Positions 43,217-53,422 are shown, numbered from the stretch's first letter. The stretch: DNA of 64,000 bases from Tortispora ganteri (GCA_003707115.1 PPNB01000005.1:248001-312000), one strand, 5' to 3'. Notes: a model not told the origin generated them from the letters alone. Program-made: numbers and translations.

Positions 43217-44263
43217 TCATATTTTAAAAATGACCTTTTGCACTTTACGCTCATCAAATAATTTGTATCCTTCTTTGGCATCCTCGAGTGGCATGATGTG
43301 GTCAGTAAGGAAAAGGAGATCGTTGGCTTTTTCATTGAGAAGTTTTAGAGCTTCAGGGAAAAGGTGACGTACAGGACATCTACCAAACTGAATAGTAAGA
43401 TTTTTGCAGTAAGTATCCCATGCTGTAAATGGAAATGGATCAGAGTTAACTCCAATTGATGAGATTTTTCCCCAAGGACGAAGTACATCGAATGCGAGTT
43501 TTACAGCATCGGCAACTCCGACGATCTCCATAACATTATCAGCACCTCTGCCATTAGTGACAGATTTGATGGTTTCAATAATGTATTCACGGCCTTTCTT
43601 GAGATCAAGTGGAATCGCACCAAGACGTTGAGCTTGTTTAAGACGGTCGTCAACGGTATCGACAGCATATATGGTGTCGGCCATAGTCTTTGCAGCAACA
43701 ATAGTGCAAAGACCTACAGGCCCACATCCAACAACGACATTGACAGAAGATTTACGCTCCTCATCAGATAAACCTTTGAGAACATTTGAAGCAGCAAAGT
43801 AACCGGTAGGGAAGATATCGGCCATAAGTACCATGGCCTCGGCTGGAGCGTTCGTATTCGGCATAGGGAACAAGGTACCGTCAGCCCATGGTACACGCAC
43901 ATATTCTGCCTGTGCACCATCTAGTGGTTTAGTACCAAAGAGCAGACTGTGTTCGCAACGAGAAGTGGCGCCGTGTTTACAATAAAAGCATTGCATGCAA
44001 CTACAGGTAAACGGAGAGACGATACGGTCACCAGGTTTGAATGATGTCACTTTCGAACCGATTTCTTCGACAGTACCAATAAATTCATGACCCATTATGA
44101 ACCCTGTATCAGATTTCTGATGACCTCTGTAGACGTGAAGTTCAGATCCGCAAAGTGCGGTCAAGTCTACTTTAACAATAGCATCAGTATCATTTTGTAG
44201 AGTTGGTTTAGGTCTATCTACGACTTCGACGTCGTATGGTCCATTGAATACCACAGCTTTCAT
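43217..44263 (-). CDS. Zn-dependent alcohol dehydrogenase (MDR, FDH-like subfamily)
   Basis: CGSELH, GHEFIG, structural Zn CMQCFYC......RC, ADIFPTG, GCGPVG; Asp in AVD suggests NAD preference. Confidence 0.93.
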   Translation of the reverse strand: MKAVVFNGPYDVEVVDRPKPTLQNDTDAIVKVDLTALCGSELHVYRGHQKSDTGFIMGHEFIGTVEEIGSKVTSFKPGDRIVSPFTCSCMQCFYCKHGATSRCEHSLLFGTKPLDGAQAEYVRVPWADGTLFPMPNTNAPAEAMVLMADIFPTGYFAASNVLKGLSDEERKSSVNVVVGCGPVGLCTIVAAKTMADTIYAVDTVDDRLKQAQRLGAIPLDLKKGREYIIETIKSVTNGRGADNVMEIVGVADAVKLAFDVLRPWGKISSIGVNSDPFPFTAWDTYCKNLTIQFGRCPVRHLFPEALKLLNEKANDLLFLTDHIMPLEDAKEGYKLFDERKVQKVIFKI

Positions 44264-44366
44264 TGTTAATAAAATCCAAAAATTGTAATAAATATAAATG
44301 TATTTGTAATATTTATATACAATAGTAAAAGTAAATAAATGGTATTATAAATAATGTGGGGATATT

Positions 44367-44382
44367 CGGATATTAATATCCC
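44367..44382. promoter_or_regulatory. CGG-N10-CCC site containing the perfect palindrome GGATATTAATATCC, upstream of the ADH gene
   Basis: Read directly; one mismatch from the BVMO-promoter motif. Confidence 0.5.
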
Positions 44383-44510
44383 TAATTAGGGGAAATATCT
44401 GGGGAAACTGTGAATTTCCCAAATAAGATTGGCTTGAAGGTATTGTTGTATTTATATGAACTAAAAAAAGAGAAAATATATAAGATTAGATATTTCAATT
44501 ATTAGATATT

Positions 44511-45566
44511 TTAATTATTCGATATAGCATGTTTTGCAAGTTGTTCAATAATTATATTATCGGTTTTCTTTTCAACTGCACGTGATGAGACTACAATGCC
44601 ACCCATAGCATATGTATGCACTTGTGCAGGTTCTTCAATATAAATTATTTCGTGTTCAGGCAACTTGTCGCGGGCCGCTTTTGACGCAAAAATACGCGAA
44701 TCGTTTACAAGAATCTCGGTCGATCCAGCTAATATCAGAACATTACCAATACCGGCAAAATCGTTGTTATTAATCGGACTGATACGTGGATCTTTAGCTG
44801 AAATCTCACCATTTTCAGGTACAAACTGTTCTACCGCTGCAGGTCCAGTTTTTAAATGATCAAGCAGCCAGTCATTGTATACTTGCAGTTTGTCTGGATG
44901 CTCAAACCCAAGATCTAACCATGGCGAGATCAGTATGCTCAAACAAGGTAACGGTCGTTTCTTCTCGTCTTTGATCTTGAACAGTGCCATGCTGCACAAT
45001 CCACCACCTGCAGAATCACCAGCAAAAGCAATGCTCTTAGTACGCGGGCATTTCTCCAGTAGGTAATCGTATGCCGACATAAACGCATTAAGACATCCAG
45101 GGTACCGCTGCTCACTGGCAAGTGGGTACTCGAGACTGAATATAGCCAGATTCAGTCCATGACTATGCGCTACCTTGATCCAGCGCCAGAACGTGCTCTC
45201 GTACATTAATGCATCTCCAACAAAGAATCCACCTCCATGTGCAAACAAAATAGTAACGTCTGCGCTGTAGAATGTGGCATCGTTTGCGGGAAACTGGTAC
45301 CCGCGGAATCCCTTGCCGGCGACATACTTTGTACCACGACCTGCATCCCAGGCAGCTTTGTAGACGGTATCAGGGACACAGTAGAATGCCGATCCGTACA
45401 CTGCTCTACTGATCGCCGTGTACAAAGATGTAGTGTTTCTGCCAATAACACGTCTGTACGGTGTTAGGGCCAGCTCCTTAAAAGTTCTGATCAGAAATCG
45501 TAAAGTCGCGATCGGATTCTTCAGCAGGATCAATATAATCCTCAACCAGTTCAACAAGCGGTTCAT
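44511..45566 (-). CDS. Alpha/beta-hydrolase, HSL family esterase/lactonase
   Basis: HGGGF oxyanion motif, GDSAGG nucleophile, ISPWLD, GSTEILVND, catalytic His in VHTY; hydrophobic N-terminus. Confidence 0.92.
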   Translation of the reverse strand: MNRLLNWLRIILILLKNPIATLRFLIRTFKELALTPYRRVIGRNTTSLYTAISRAVYGSAFYCVPDTVYKAAWDAGRGTKYVAGKGFRGYQFPANDATFYSADVTILFAHGGGFFVGDALMYESTFWRWIKVAHSHGLNLAIFSLEYPLASEQRYPGCLNAFMSAYDYLLEKCPRTKSIAFAGDSAGGGLCSMALFKIKDEKKRPLPCLSILISPWLDLGFEHPDKLQVYNDWLLDHLKTGPAAVEQFVPENGEISAKDPRISPINNNDFAGIGNVLILAGSTEILVNDSRIFASKAARDKLPEHEIIYIEEPAQVHTYAMGGIVVSSRAVEKKTDNIIIEQLAKHAISNN

Positions 45567-45898
45567 TGTTTTTTTTTTATTGATCTTATTATTATAATAT
45601 CTGATCCCTGTAACCGCTATTTATATAATTATTAGAACCTAACCGGCTTAATTGAGTTTTGGCGTTACCATCGCCATCATCGTTTGACATCTCATCAACG
45701 GACAACCCTACGTGCACAATGCAGGTACTGGCGGCAAATTATAGCAATTGAACAACTGCAAAATATTTTTCTAAGATCTTAAGCAACCTTAAGAAAATAT
45801 TTTATATAAATCTACTATTATAAACGATCTCATGAGCATTTTTTATCGAACAATTCGCCCTCGCGCATAGTGTTTTATGGTTATTGCGACCCGAACTA

Positions 45899-45911
45899 CC
45901 CCGCATTTTTT
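45899..45911 (-). promoter_or_regulatory. Mig1/CreA-type GC box with AT flank (AAAAAATGCGGGG)
   Basis: Reverse complement of CCCCGCATTTTTT in the esterase/TF divergent promoter. Confidence 0.55.
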
Positions 45912-46024
45912 GAAACTCTATTTCAAAATAAAGTTTCAAAAATACATACACCTTTAGAGCGGTAAGGGTGAGAAAGAACAAGAAAAAGAAGAACAAAAAG
46001 AAAAAGGTACTAAACAAATTTGCA

Positions 46025-48190
46025 ATGGCCACACAAAGGACCAAACCACGAAGATCAAGTGCAAGCACACGACGCGACATTCAAGAACGAAAACGCATAT
46101 CGTTGGCTTGCGTTTCCTGCCGATCAAAGAAAGTGCGATGTGACGGCAGAACGCCAACTTGTCTTAACTGCGAGAAAGCTCATGAACAATGCACGTACCA
46201 ACCACACAATGACAAACGCAAACCGTACCCGAAGGAGTATATTTCTGCACTATGTGCTCGGATCTCGGCGTTGGAGGCGCTGCTGCAGGAGGCCGGTATT
46301 GCTGCACCGCCGCCTAACCTGTCTATTCCGGACTACACAGCTGATTTGACCTGGATGACGGTTAAAGAGAATTCTAGTAGTTTGTCAGGCGATCTAACGC
46401 AAGTATTGGCTGAACGTATTGGAGAGCTTAATATTGCAGACGATGGTCATCTTCGTTACTTCGGTGCGACTTCAATCTATCACCTTGACGGTGTTGGTAT
46501 AAATCAACAGTCTTTCGAAGATCTTGACATGCTCGGTACTAAAGCGCTTTTAGCTGCTGGTTTAAATGAACCGCTTGACCTTGATCAACGTGACCATCTT
46601 CTCCAGCTCTATTGGACCTGGCACAATTGCTTCTTCTACCATATCAATCAGCACGTATTCATGAAACATATGCATCTCTATCAACAAGGCAATATTAACA
46701 ATGCTTGGGCGTTTTCACCTCTACTACTCTACTCGATTCTTGCTCTTGCTGCGCTATTTGATGATAATTCAGACCCGATTTATTTCCTCAAACGCGCTCG
46801 AGTTTTGTTGGATGTTGAGCTCAATTGTCCCCGCATGGCCACAGTTCAGGCCGCCGCCGTTATTGGTACTACTGAAACAGCGCTAGGAAGCGATCCTCGC
46901 GGTTGGGTTCACTCTGGAATGGCTTTTAGGCTTGTTACAGACTTAGGATATCATATGAACGCCATCAAATGGCTCAAATCTGGTATCCTATCTGAAGAAG
47001 AAGCATTTTGCAGACAGACAACATTCTGGGGCCTTTATATCCAGGACGGCCTCTGGGCGTGCTATTTGGGTCGTCCAGGCTCGTTGAACATGCGTGATAT
47101 CAGTCAGCAAATGCCAGACCCATATGCAATACCAGATACTGTCTGGAAACCATATACAGGAATTAACGACCCATTGCCAGAGGAATGGGAATCGATCGAA
47201 ATGAAAGATCAGCTTGGAATTCTTACTTACTACTCAATCCTACTTGCACAGCATACACATGATGTCGTTGAGATTATTTACCCAGGACGCGAACAACCTT
47301 TATCAGAACTCATCAACTTTGCATCCGCTACCAGGGTCAAATTGGCAGAATGGTATACCGAGCTACCTGCATCATTGCTCTGTTCCACTACTTCTACCCG
47401 TCCCATACTGCCGCACGTCATACTACTACATCTTCAGTACTGGGTCACCACAATATTACTCAACCGACCCTTCCTTAATCAAAAACAGTACGAAACCGTT
47501 CGTGAAGACTCAGAACGGCTCTGCAGGAATGCTGCCGTTAACATATCCAGTCTAATGGCAAAATACTATCGTCTTTATACTTTGAGACGTATAAACATAG
47601 CAGTTGTTCATATGACCTTTACAGCCGCGACAATACATCTCCTGACAGTATGTACAGCCAAACAATCTAATCTGAAAGCTGAGGCCAGGTCCGGTTTACT
47701 CATATGTTGTGCTGCTCTCTCATTGCTTTCGAAGACGTATTCTAATGCACGAATATCGCTCGTCCTACTTACAAGACTCATGACACGCTGGATTGGCGAA
47801 GTTCCTTACTATATGCGTCAGGAGGCTGCCTCGTATTCTAATGGCACCGAAAACGCTACTCCGCCAAAACTACTCGATACTTTCCTCGATCCTGGAAAAG
47901 CAGAGTTTACGTCCGCACAAGCTCTACCTAAAGAGAACATTTACAATCTAGACCAGCGTCTTGATACTGGAATTGATCAGTCAAAGCTTTTATCTGTAAC
48001 TAGTACAGACCAGAAAGATTCTGAACGTCAAGATGCTTCACATGTTGATGAGAACTTACTCTCTGCTTTATTTGATTCGTTTCCGTACCCAGATTCACCA
48101 CAGAACTTTACAGAACATCAGTTAGAAGAAAATGCATGGGCAGATTTCTTTACTGAACATGACTCTATGGTTCTCCAAGAACTATTCTAA
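46025..48190 (+). CDS. Zn(II)2Cys6 transcription factor with fungal-specific TF domain
   Basis: ACVSCRSKKVRCDGRTPTCLNCEKAHEQCTY, DKRK linker, coiled coil, RYFGATS, SGMAFRLVTDLGYH, TFWG...YLGRP; acidic C-terminus; first ATG 46025. Confidence 0.95.
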   Translation: MATQRTKPRRSSASTRRDIQERKRISLACVSCRSKKVRCDGRTPTCLNCEKAHEQCTYQPHNDKRKPYPKEYISALCARISALEALLQEAGIAAPPPNLSIPDYTADLTWMTVKENSSSLSGDLTQVLAERIGELNIADDGHLRYFGATSIYHLDGVGINQQSFEDLDMLGTKALLAAGLNEPLDLDQRDHLLQLYWTWHNCFFYHINQHVFMKHMHLYQQGNINNAWAFSPLLLYSILALAALFDDNSDPIYFLKRARVLLDVELNCPRMATVQAAAVIGTTETALGSDPRGWVHSGMAFRLVTDLGYHMNAIKWLKSGILSEEEAFCRQTTFWGLYIQDGLWACYLGRPGSLNMRDISQQMPDPYAIPDTVWKPYTGINDPLPEEWESIEMKDQLGILTYYSILLAQHTHDVVEIIYPGREQPLSELINFASATRVKLAEWYTELPASLLCSTTSTRPILPHVILLHLQYWVTTILLNRPFLNQKQYETVREDSERLCRNAAVNISSLMAKYYRLYTLRRINIAVVHMTFTAATIHLLTVCTAKQSNLKAEARSGLLICCAALSLLSKTYSNARISLVLLTRLMTRWIGEVPYYMRQEAASYSNGTENATPPKLLDTFLDPGKAEFTSAQALPKENIYNLDQRLDTGIDQSKLLSVTSTDQKDSERQDASHVDENLLSALFDSFPYPDSPQNFTEHQLEENAWADFFTEHDSMVLQELF

Positions 48191-48458
48191 GAAATTTGAA
48201 ATGATCCCTACTACATAGCATTGTTACGAGCTCCACTATCTAAAAAAGGTACAGCCAGTATTAGCAGATACAGAAACTGCCCTTATATTTATAAAACAAA
48301 ACATTGAAGATTGATTGACGAGTATAGTTTAATGAAATATTGTAATTGATAACTTAGAAATGACTAAATTCATATTTAATAATTTTATACCTATTTGTAC
48401 GTTAAACCTATAGGAAACCTCACGGAATCTTAATCATAAAAGTTCAATTGCCTTACCA

Positions 48459-49511
48459 CTAATCCGCGATCTTGATAATTGCCTTATAACCACTAGGAAC
48501 CTTACCAGTTTTGACGGCATCCAGAACACTATTTACAGCGTTCAATCCACCATCATACACCTTGACAGCCTGTTCAATGTATTTTCCAGCAAACACAGTC
48601 TTCTCAAAAGCTTCCCAGTAATCAGAAGTAGGTTTGACCATCTCTGGCTCCTCATTTTTACCAAAATGGTGACAGTGATGACCAGCCAATGAGGTGTAAG
48701 CAAGCACAAACAGAAGTTCAACGTCCTTTCGCGGTTGTGAAGATGGGGGCAACAATAAAGCAAGCTTTCCACCTTTAGAGCCAAAAGCTTCCACTGCGAT
48801 AGGGATACTCTTGTCTTCAGATATAGTGTCGATTCCTAGATCAAGCGAATCATTGGTAATCTTGCGGATTTGTTCTGCCACGTCTGAATCATGATAATCC
48901 AAAACAGCAGTAGCACCAAGTTGCTTTATGCGGTCAAAACTATGTGGAGAGGCAGTTGCAATTACTTTGTAGCCAGCTAAAGCTGCTGCCTGAATTGCAG
49001 CTTGACCGACGCTAGTTGCACCAGACCAGACCAGGAACCATTTGCCCTCTGCATTAGGGTCTTTTTGCCCAAACAAAGGTAAACCAAGACGAATATAAAG
49101 AGCTTGACTGATTGTAGTAATCTTAACTCCCCAAGTAGCAGCTTCTTCAAATGATACTTTTTCTGGAATGTGAGAGAAGGTGCGATCGGTGAGTAATGCG
49201 TATTCAGCATAGGCGCCGTTCTCTGGAGCATCTACATAACATCCATGGACCATTCCAGATACGCGATCGCCTGGTTTTGTAGAAGTAACCTTTGATCCAG
49301 TTTTAACGACAATTCCTGCAGCATCGCATCCACACACAGTACCGGTAGTGATATCATTAAAGAATTCGATATGTTTCCAATCGGTGGGATTGGCGGCGGC
49401 AGCGTGAACTTTGATTAAGATCTCATTTTCAGCAGGTTCAGGAATTGGACCTTCTTTGATTTCAACATCTTTTGATTTGGTAACATAAGCGGCTTTTCTG
49501 GTAGAACTCAT
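48459..49511 (-). CDS. Zn-independent MDR oxidoreductase, enoyl-reductase-like (LovC/ToxD/YNL134C type)
   Basis: NPTDWK, GCDAAG.V, GAYAEY, WSGATSVG, VIATASPHSF..IKQLGA..VLDY. Confidence 0.9.
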   Translation of the reverse strand: MSSTRKAAYVTKSKDVEIKEGPIPEPAENEILIKVHAAAANPTDWKHIEFFNDITTGTVCGCDAAGIVVKTGSKVTSTKPGDRVSGMVHGCYVDAPENGAYAEYALLTDRTFSHIPEKVSFEEAATWGVKITTISQALYIRLGLPLFGQKDPNAEGKWFLVWSGATSVGQAAIQAAALAGYKVIATASPHSFDRIKQLGATAVLDYHDSDVAEQIRKITNDSLDLGIDTISEDKSIPIAVEAFGSKGGKLALLLPPSSQPRKDVELLFVLAYTSLAGHHCHHFGKNEEPEMVKPTSDYWEAFEKTVFAGKYIEQAVKVYDGGLNAVNSVLDAVKTGKVPSGYKAIIKIAD

Positions 49512-50004
49512 TTTTGATTGTAGAAATCAAAAGAAGAATTGAAATATCAACTCTTTATATAATTAAGTAGAGTATAAACTCTAAACAAGATAAGGTTATA
49601 ATGGCATTCAAATACTTACTTAATATATTGTCTATAAACCAACAAATGATTCTAGATATCTAATAAATTTTAATTGCTATTAATGAAAATCATACAATTA
49701 ATATAATTGCAGAGTATTATTCAATGAAAATGACAGTGTATTGTTGTAAATGACATAGCTAGAAGAATCTTGGTGAAGATCTTAGAATTACATAATCATA
49801 ATTATGACGATGAATATAATTCGGAAGCCTAAGTTCTTTACAGTAGATATTGATCAAAAATGAATCTATAAATAAGATCTAAATCAATAAATTACGATAC
49901 AATAATGTGGAAAGAAGAAAGGTACTATAAGACTGTTGTGCCTGTAGTATCATGGACTAATTGAGTATAAGGAGACAAGTCAATAAAACTACTTACTAAG
50001 AAAG

Positions 50005-50461
50005 TCATTGTTTAGTATCAGCAGATGTGTTAATCAATTCAATTTCCTTTCGTGCTTCTTCAATTTCCTTAGACGCGTCTATCAATGTTTCTTTCATTTC
50101 ACTGTGCGCTTGCCGAAGTTCTCCTTTTACCCTTTGGATCGCCTCATCGAAGTCTTTTGTCTCTGCATTGAGTTCATCCTCGAGTTCCTGCGGCAGAGAC
50201 TTCAATTGGATAGTATTTAAGTTAATAGATTGGTCTGTATTCGCGATCTTTTCAATGTCCGTAAAGGCTTTAGAATTAAGGAAATCATTCAGTTTCGCGT
50301 CTAAGTCGTTCAACATATCCTCGAGATGCTGAAGTTAGCGGTTAATAACAGGATAAAAGTAATTTTACTTAATTTGACTTAAATTTACTTACTTCTGCAG
50401 TTAGATTGGCAGAATCTATCATTTTCAATGCCTCTTTGATGTTTAAATTTGTATCGTCCAT
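50005..50461 (-). CDS. Small coiled-coil hypothetical protein; spliced (exons 50461-50393, 50328-50005)
   Basis: MDDTNLNIKEALKMIDSANLTAE|HLEDMLNDLDAKL reads in frame across the intron. Confidence 0.7.
50329..50392 (-). other. Predicted 64-nt intron containing a 3 x 10-bp AAGTAAATTT-like repeat
   Basis: GTAAGT donor, GCTAAC branch, TTCAG acceptor, phase 0. Confidence 0.82.
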
Positions 50462-50598
50462 GATGTATCGAAGGTTAAGTATAGATGTGTATTACTTCTT
50501 TGGTAGGTATAGTGTAATACTCATTATGATAATATTGTGATTCGTATAATTTTATATATTAGATAAGAGAGAGAAAAAAAATAGTCTTACAAGTAACG

Positions 50599-51468
50599 TT
50601 AGACGCTCGTTTTCACATATGCTTCAACATCCTTATACACGTCGAAACGACGTTGTATGGTTACAGGAATACCTTCACGCGCAGATTTAATGACCTCTGG
50701 GTCAAGTTCTGCATATACAATACTCTCTGTCTCATCAGCCTCACTTATAATTTTTCCAAGTGGGTCACATACTAATGAGTGACCGTATGCATGGTATCCT
50801 GCACTCATGTCTCTTGCTGGTGCGCACATTAGCGTATAGACTTCATTGTCGACAGACCGCGCTTGTGCCAGCAGACTCCAATGCATAGGACCAGTGGTTA
50901 AATTAAATGCTCCTGGATAGACTAATGCAAAAGCATTGTGTTTACGTGCAGCAGCCATAGCAAGTTCTGGGAACCGCACATCGTAGCAGATACCAATACC
51001 AATATTACCAAATCCGTCAAGATGTGCAACAGTGCCATGGTCCCCGCCAGCAAGTACTGATGATTCTTTAAATGTCATTTTTCCAGGAATATCAATGTCA
51101 AACAGGTGTACTTTTCGATGCACAGCTAACAACTCGCCTTTAGGACTGAATGTCATATTGGTGTTATACAGAGTACCATCGGCAGCGCGCTCAGGGATGG
51201 ATCCACCTACAAGGAACACTTTGGACTCTCCAGCGATCTTTTTAAGGAATTCACCCGTAACACCACCAGGAACAGTTTCGGCATATTCTGGGAAAGCAGT
51301 GACTGCATAAGGGCTGTTAAAACATTCAGGCAAAACGACTATTTTGGCTCCTTCCGCGGCCGCTTTCAGAATATGCGTCTCGGCTTTCTTGAGGTTCGCA
51401 GCTTTGTCTGCACCTGCTGCAAACTGTATGAGCGCCACTTTAACTTTTTGTAATAATGGCGAAGGCAT
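50599..51468 (-). CDS. NIT3: Nitrilase-superfamily omega-amidase
   Basis: LPECFNSPY, HRKVHLFDIDIPG..TFKES, GICYDVRFPEL, YPGAFNLTTGP.HW. Confidence 0.95.
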   Translation of the reverse strand: MPSPLLQKVKVALIQFAAGADKAANLKKAETHILKAAAEGAKIVVLPECFNSPYAVTAFPEYAETVPGGVTGEFLKKIAGESKVFLVGGSIPERAADGTLYNTNMTFSPKGELLAVHRKVHLFDIDIPGKMTFKESSVLAGGDHGTVAHLDGFGNIGIGICYDVRFPELAMAAARKHNAFALVYPGAFNLTTGPMHWSLLAQARSVDNEVYTLMCAPARDMSAGYHAYGHSLVCDPLGKIISEADETESIVYAELDPEVIKSAREGIPVTIQRRFDVYKDVEAYVKTSV

Positions 51469-51652
51469 TCTTTTTATATCAGCGTCGAATCAGTTTAACC
51501 GATCTTATCCTTTACTTCTTTGTTGGTGTCGATGGTGTCATTCATGTCCTCCCCCACACTTTCCCTTGTTACCCCCCCACACCTGACAGCCGCACAAATT
51601 GCACATTTTTACTAATACATAAATATAATCTTCCCTGTCTATTCTCCTAGAC

Positions 51653-53422
51653 TCAACGCAAAGGAATTTTCGCGCTCTCACGCACAAGCTGATTGAACGC
51701 ATTGTCTATCAGTTCTTTGATCTTCGCGTAAGTCACTATAACACATGATCTTTCGTCTCTCGATACCAACATTATCGATTCGTCCACACCCACATCTAAT
51801 TTATTCAAACACCGTAACACATGTCCCAGATCAATAACTGGTTTACCCGTTTCATCCACTTGCTGGAAAACGTAGTCGTGAAAAAGTACAACTAAATAGT
51901 TCGTCCCTTGTGCACTCCAATTATCGTCGTTCGCGAACTCTGGCCGTTGAATCAGGTAGTTCAGCTTACACAATAGCCGCACCAGTCGGTCATTTTCCAC
52001 TTCTGTCATTAATCCTCGCTCCATTGCATCTGTACAGTTCATCTGATACTCCAGTACGTCAATAAACCGCGTGCCACATAATCTTACAATATCATCAAGT
52101 TTCGGCTCCTCTTCTGCTCCACGCAATGCCACCACTACTTTGATAAGCTCACTAGAAAACACGGCTTCCATGCTATCGAGTGCTGCGTCTCGGTCTTCAT
52201 CTGACCGCGGTATACCCTTCAGCACTAGCGCGAATACCAGATCCGCCAGCGCCCGAAAGTCATCTGCCTGCGCTTTTTGCACACTGTCAAAACTCAGCGG
52301 GTCCAGTACATCCGGAATACCGAGTCCGTTAAGGCGCAATCGTTTCTGGAAGTCTACCAGTATCATAGATCCAGATATCACACGAGCAGCGAGATTCTGC
52401 TTGTGCACAGCACGCAGAATCGCCAGTACCTGGCATATGTAAAGCCACAGGTCTGACTCGTCCTTCGCGTTCAGCATATAGGAAAGCGACAGTTGCGGGA
52501 GCATCCAAAAAGACTGACCGACCGGGTAGAAGTCGTAGACAAAGACGACCGAATGGTCGCCAAAGGCCTGTGTAGTGAATGCCTCGTAGCCGTTGATGGC
52601 ACCGGGGGCGCTGATCCTTGTGGATTTCTGGAACAGTTTTAGGGATTGAGTAGGTCCAAGAATCAAGCCCGGTAGCCTTAGCAGCAAGTAACACAATCCA
52701 TTGTCGGAGGACGTAGCGCGGTACTGTGAGACAGGTCGGCCCAGAACAGAGCCCATGGCTTCGTCGACGCCCAGGAAATGCAGAGAGTGGTAGTTGGATA
52801 CAGTGTCCGGGACCGAGTAGTCCTGTACGTTCTGCACCATGGCTTCTGCCTTCTGAAGCAAATTGAGGTGGAGATCTGTCTCGAGAAAAAAGTCGGCGGG
52901 TTCACGAATATGCGGCGGTAGACGCCGCTTGTAGGGTGGGCGGGGCACGTAAAGGTGGTACTGTAGCGGTTCAGTAGAGGCCTGTGCAGACGATTGATAA
53001 TACATATCTCCATAATCGTGTGTACCTGAAATTGCTGAAGTACCTATAGTTTGTTGACCGGCAGCCGATGATGGTGGCGGTACGACTGACGAGGATTGGT
53101 TGCCCAAATCAAGGGCGTTGAAGGAGGGTACTATTGTTGACACATCCTGCTGGTAATATTCCGGGACGAAAGGTGTAGTTTCAGTTTTGACAATAGGTTT
53201 AGAAATAGTTGGTATAGGACTTCGTGTAGTTGTACGTGATTCAGAAGTCGCATTATGATCTGTATGCTTGAATTGACATCCGCGATCTTTGAACCTGCAG
53301 AACCCGTATATGAGCTCATTACGGCATTGTGGTGGGCCCGAAGAAGATTCTGTTCATGAAATTAGTATTAAATCACAAATAAAACATTTTATTTAATATT
53401 ATTACTTACCTTTAGTACTCAT
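51653..53422 (-). CDS. PAN3: Poly(A) nuclease subunit Pan3; spliced (exons 53422-53410, 53349-51653)
   Basis: Reconstructed N-terminus MSTKESSSGPPQCRNELIYGFCRFKDRGCQFKH (CCCH finger), PAM2-like TPFVP, PLQYHLY, pseudokinase, LFHDYVFQQVD...LNKLD. Confidence 0.93.
53350..53409 (-). other. Predicted 60-nt intron (PAN3)
   Basis: GTAAGT donor, TACTAAT branch, CAG acceptor; supplies the ATG for the CCCH finger. Confidence 0.88.

Noticed and set aside
45601..45616. CTG-N10-CCG near the esterase start
   Set aside because: One-mismatch site lying between the TATA-like element and the ATG, an unlikely position for an activator site
45760..45803. Imperfect inverted repeat AAAATATTTTTCTAAG...CTTAAGAAAATATTTT in the esterase/TF spacer
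   Set aside because: Very AT-rich with mismatches; no target-site duplication or second copy to support a MITE
45968..46024. Poly-Lys N-terminal extension of the Zn2Cys6 TF in the ORF track
   Set aside because: Arises from a GTG start in an A-rich 5' leader; ATG 46025 has good context
50005..51468. Including the coiled-coil gene and NIT3 (or MPC1 on the left) in the BVMO cluster
   Set aside because: NIT3 and MPC1 are conserved housekeeping genes, the coiled-coil gene has no enzymatic motif, and I saw no CGG-N10-CCG sites upstream of them
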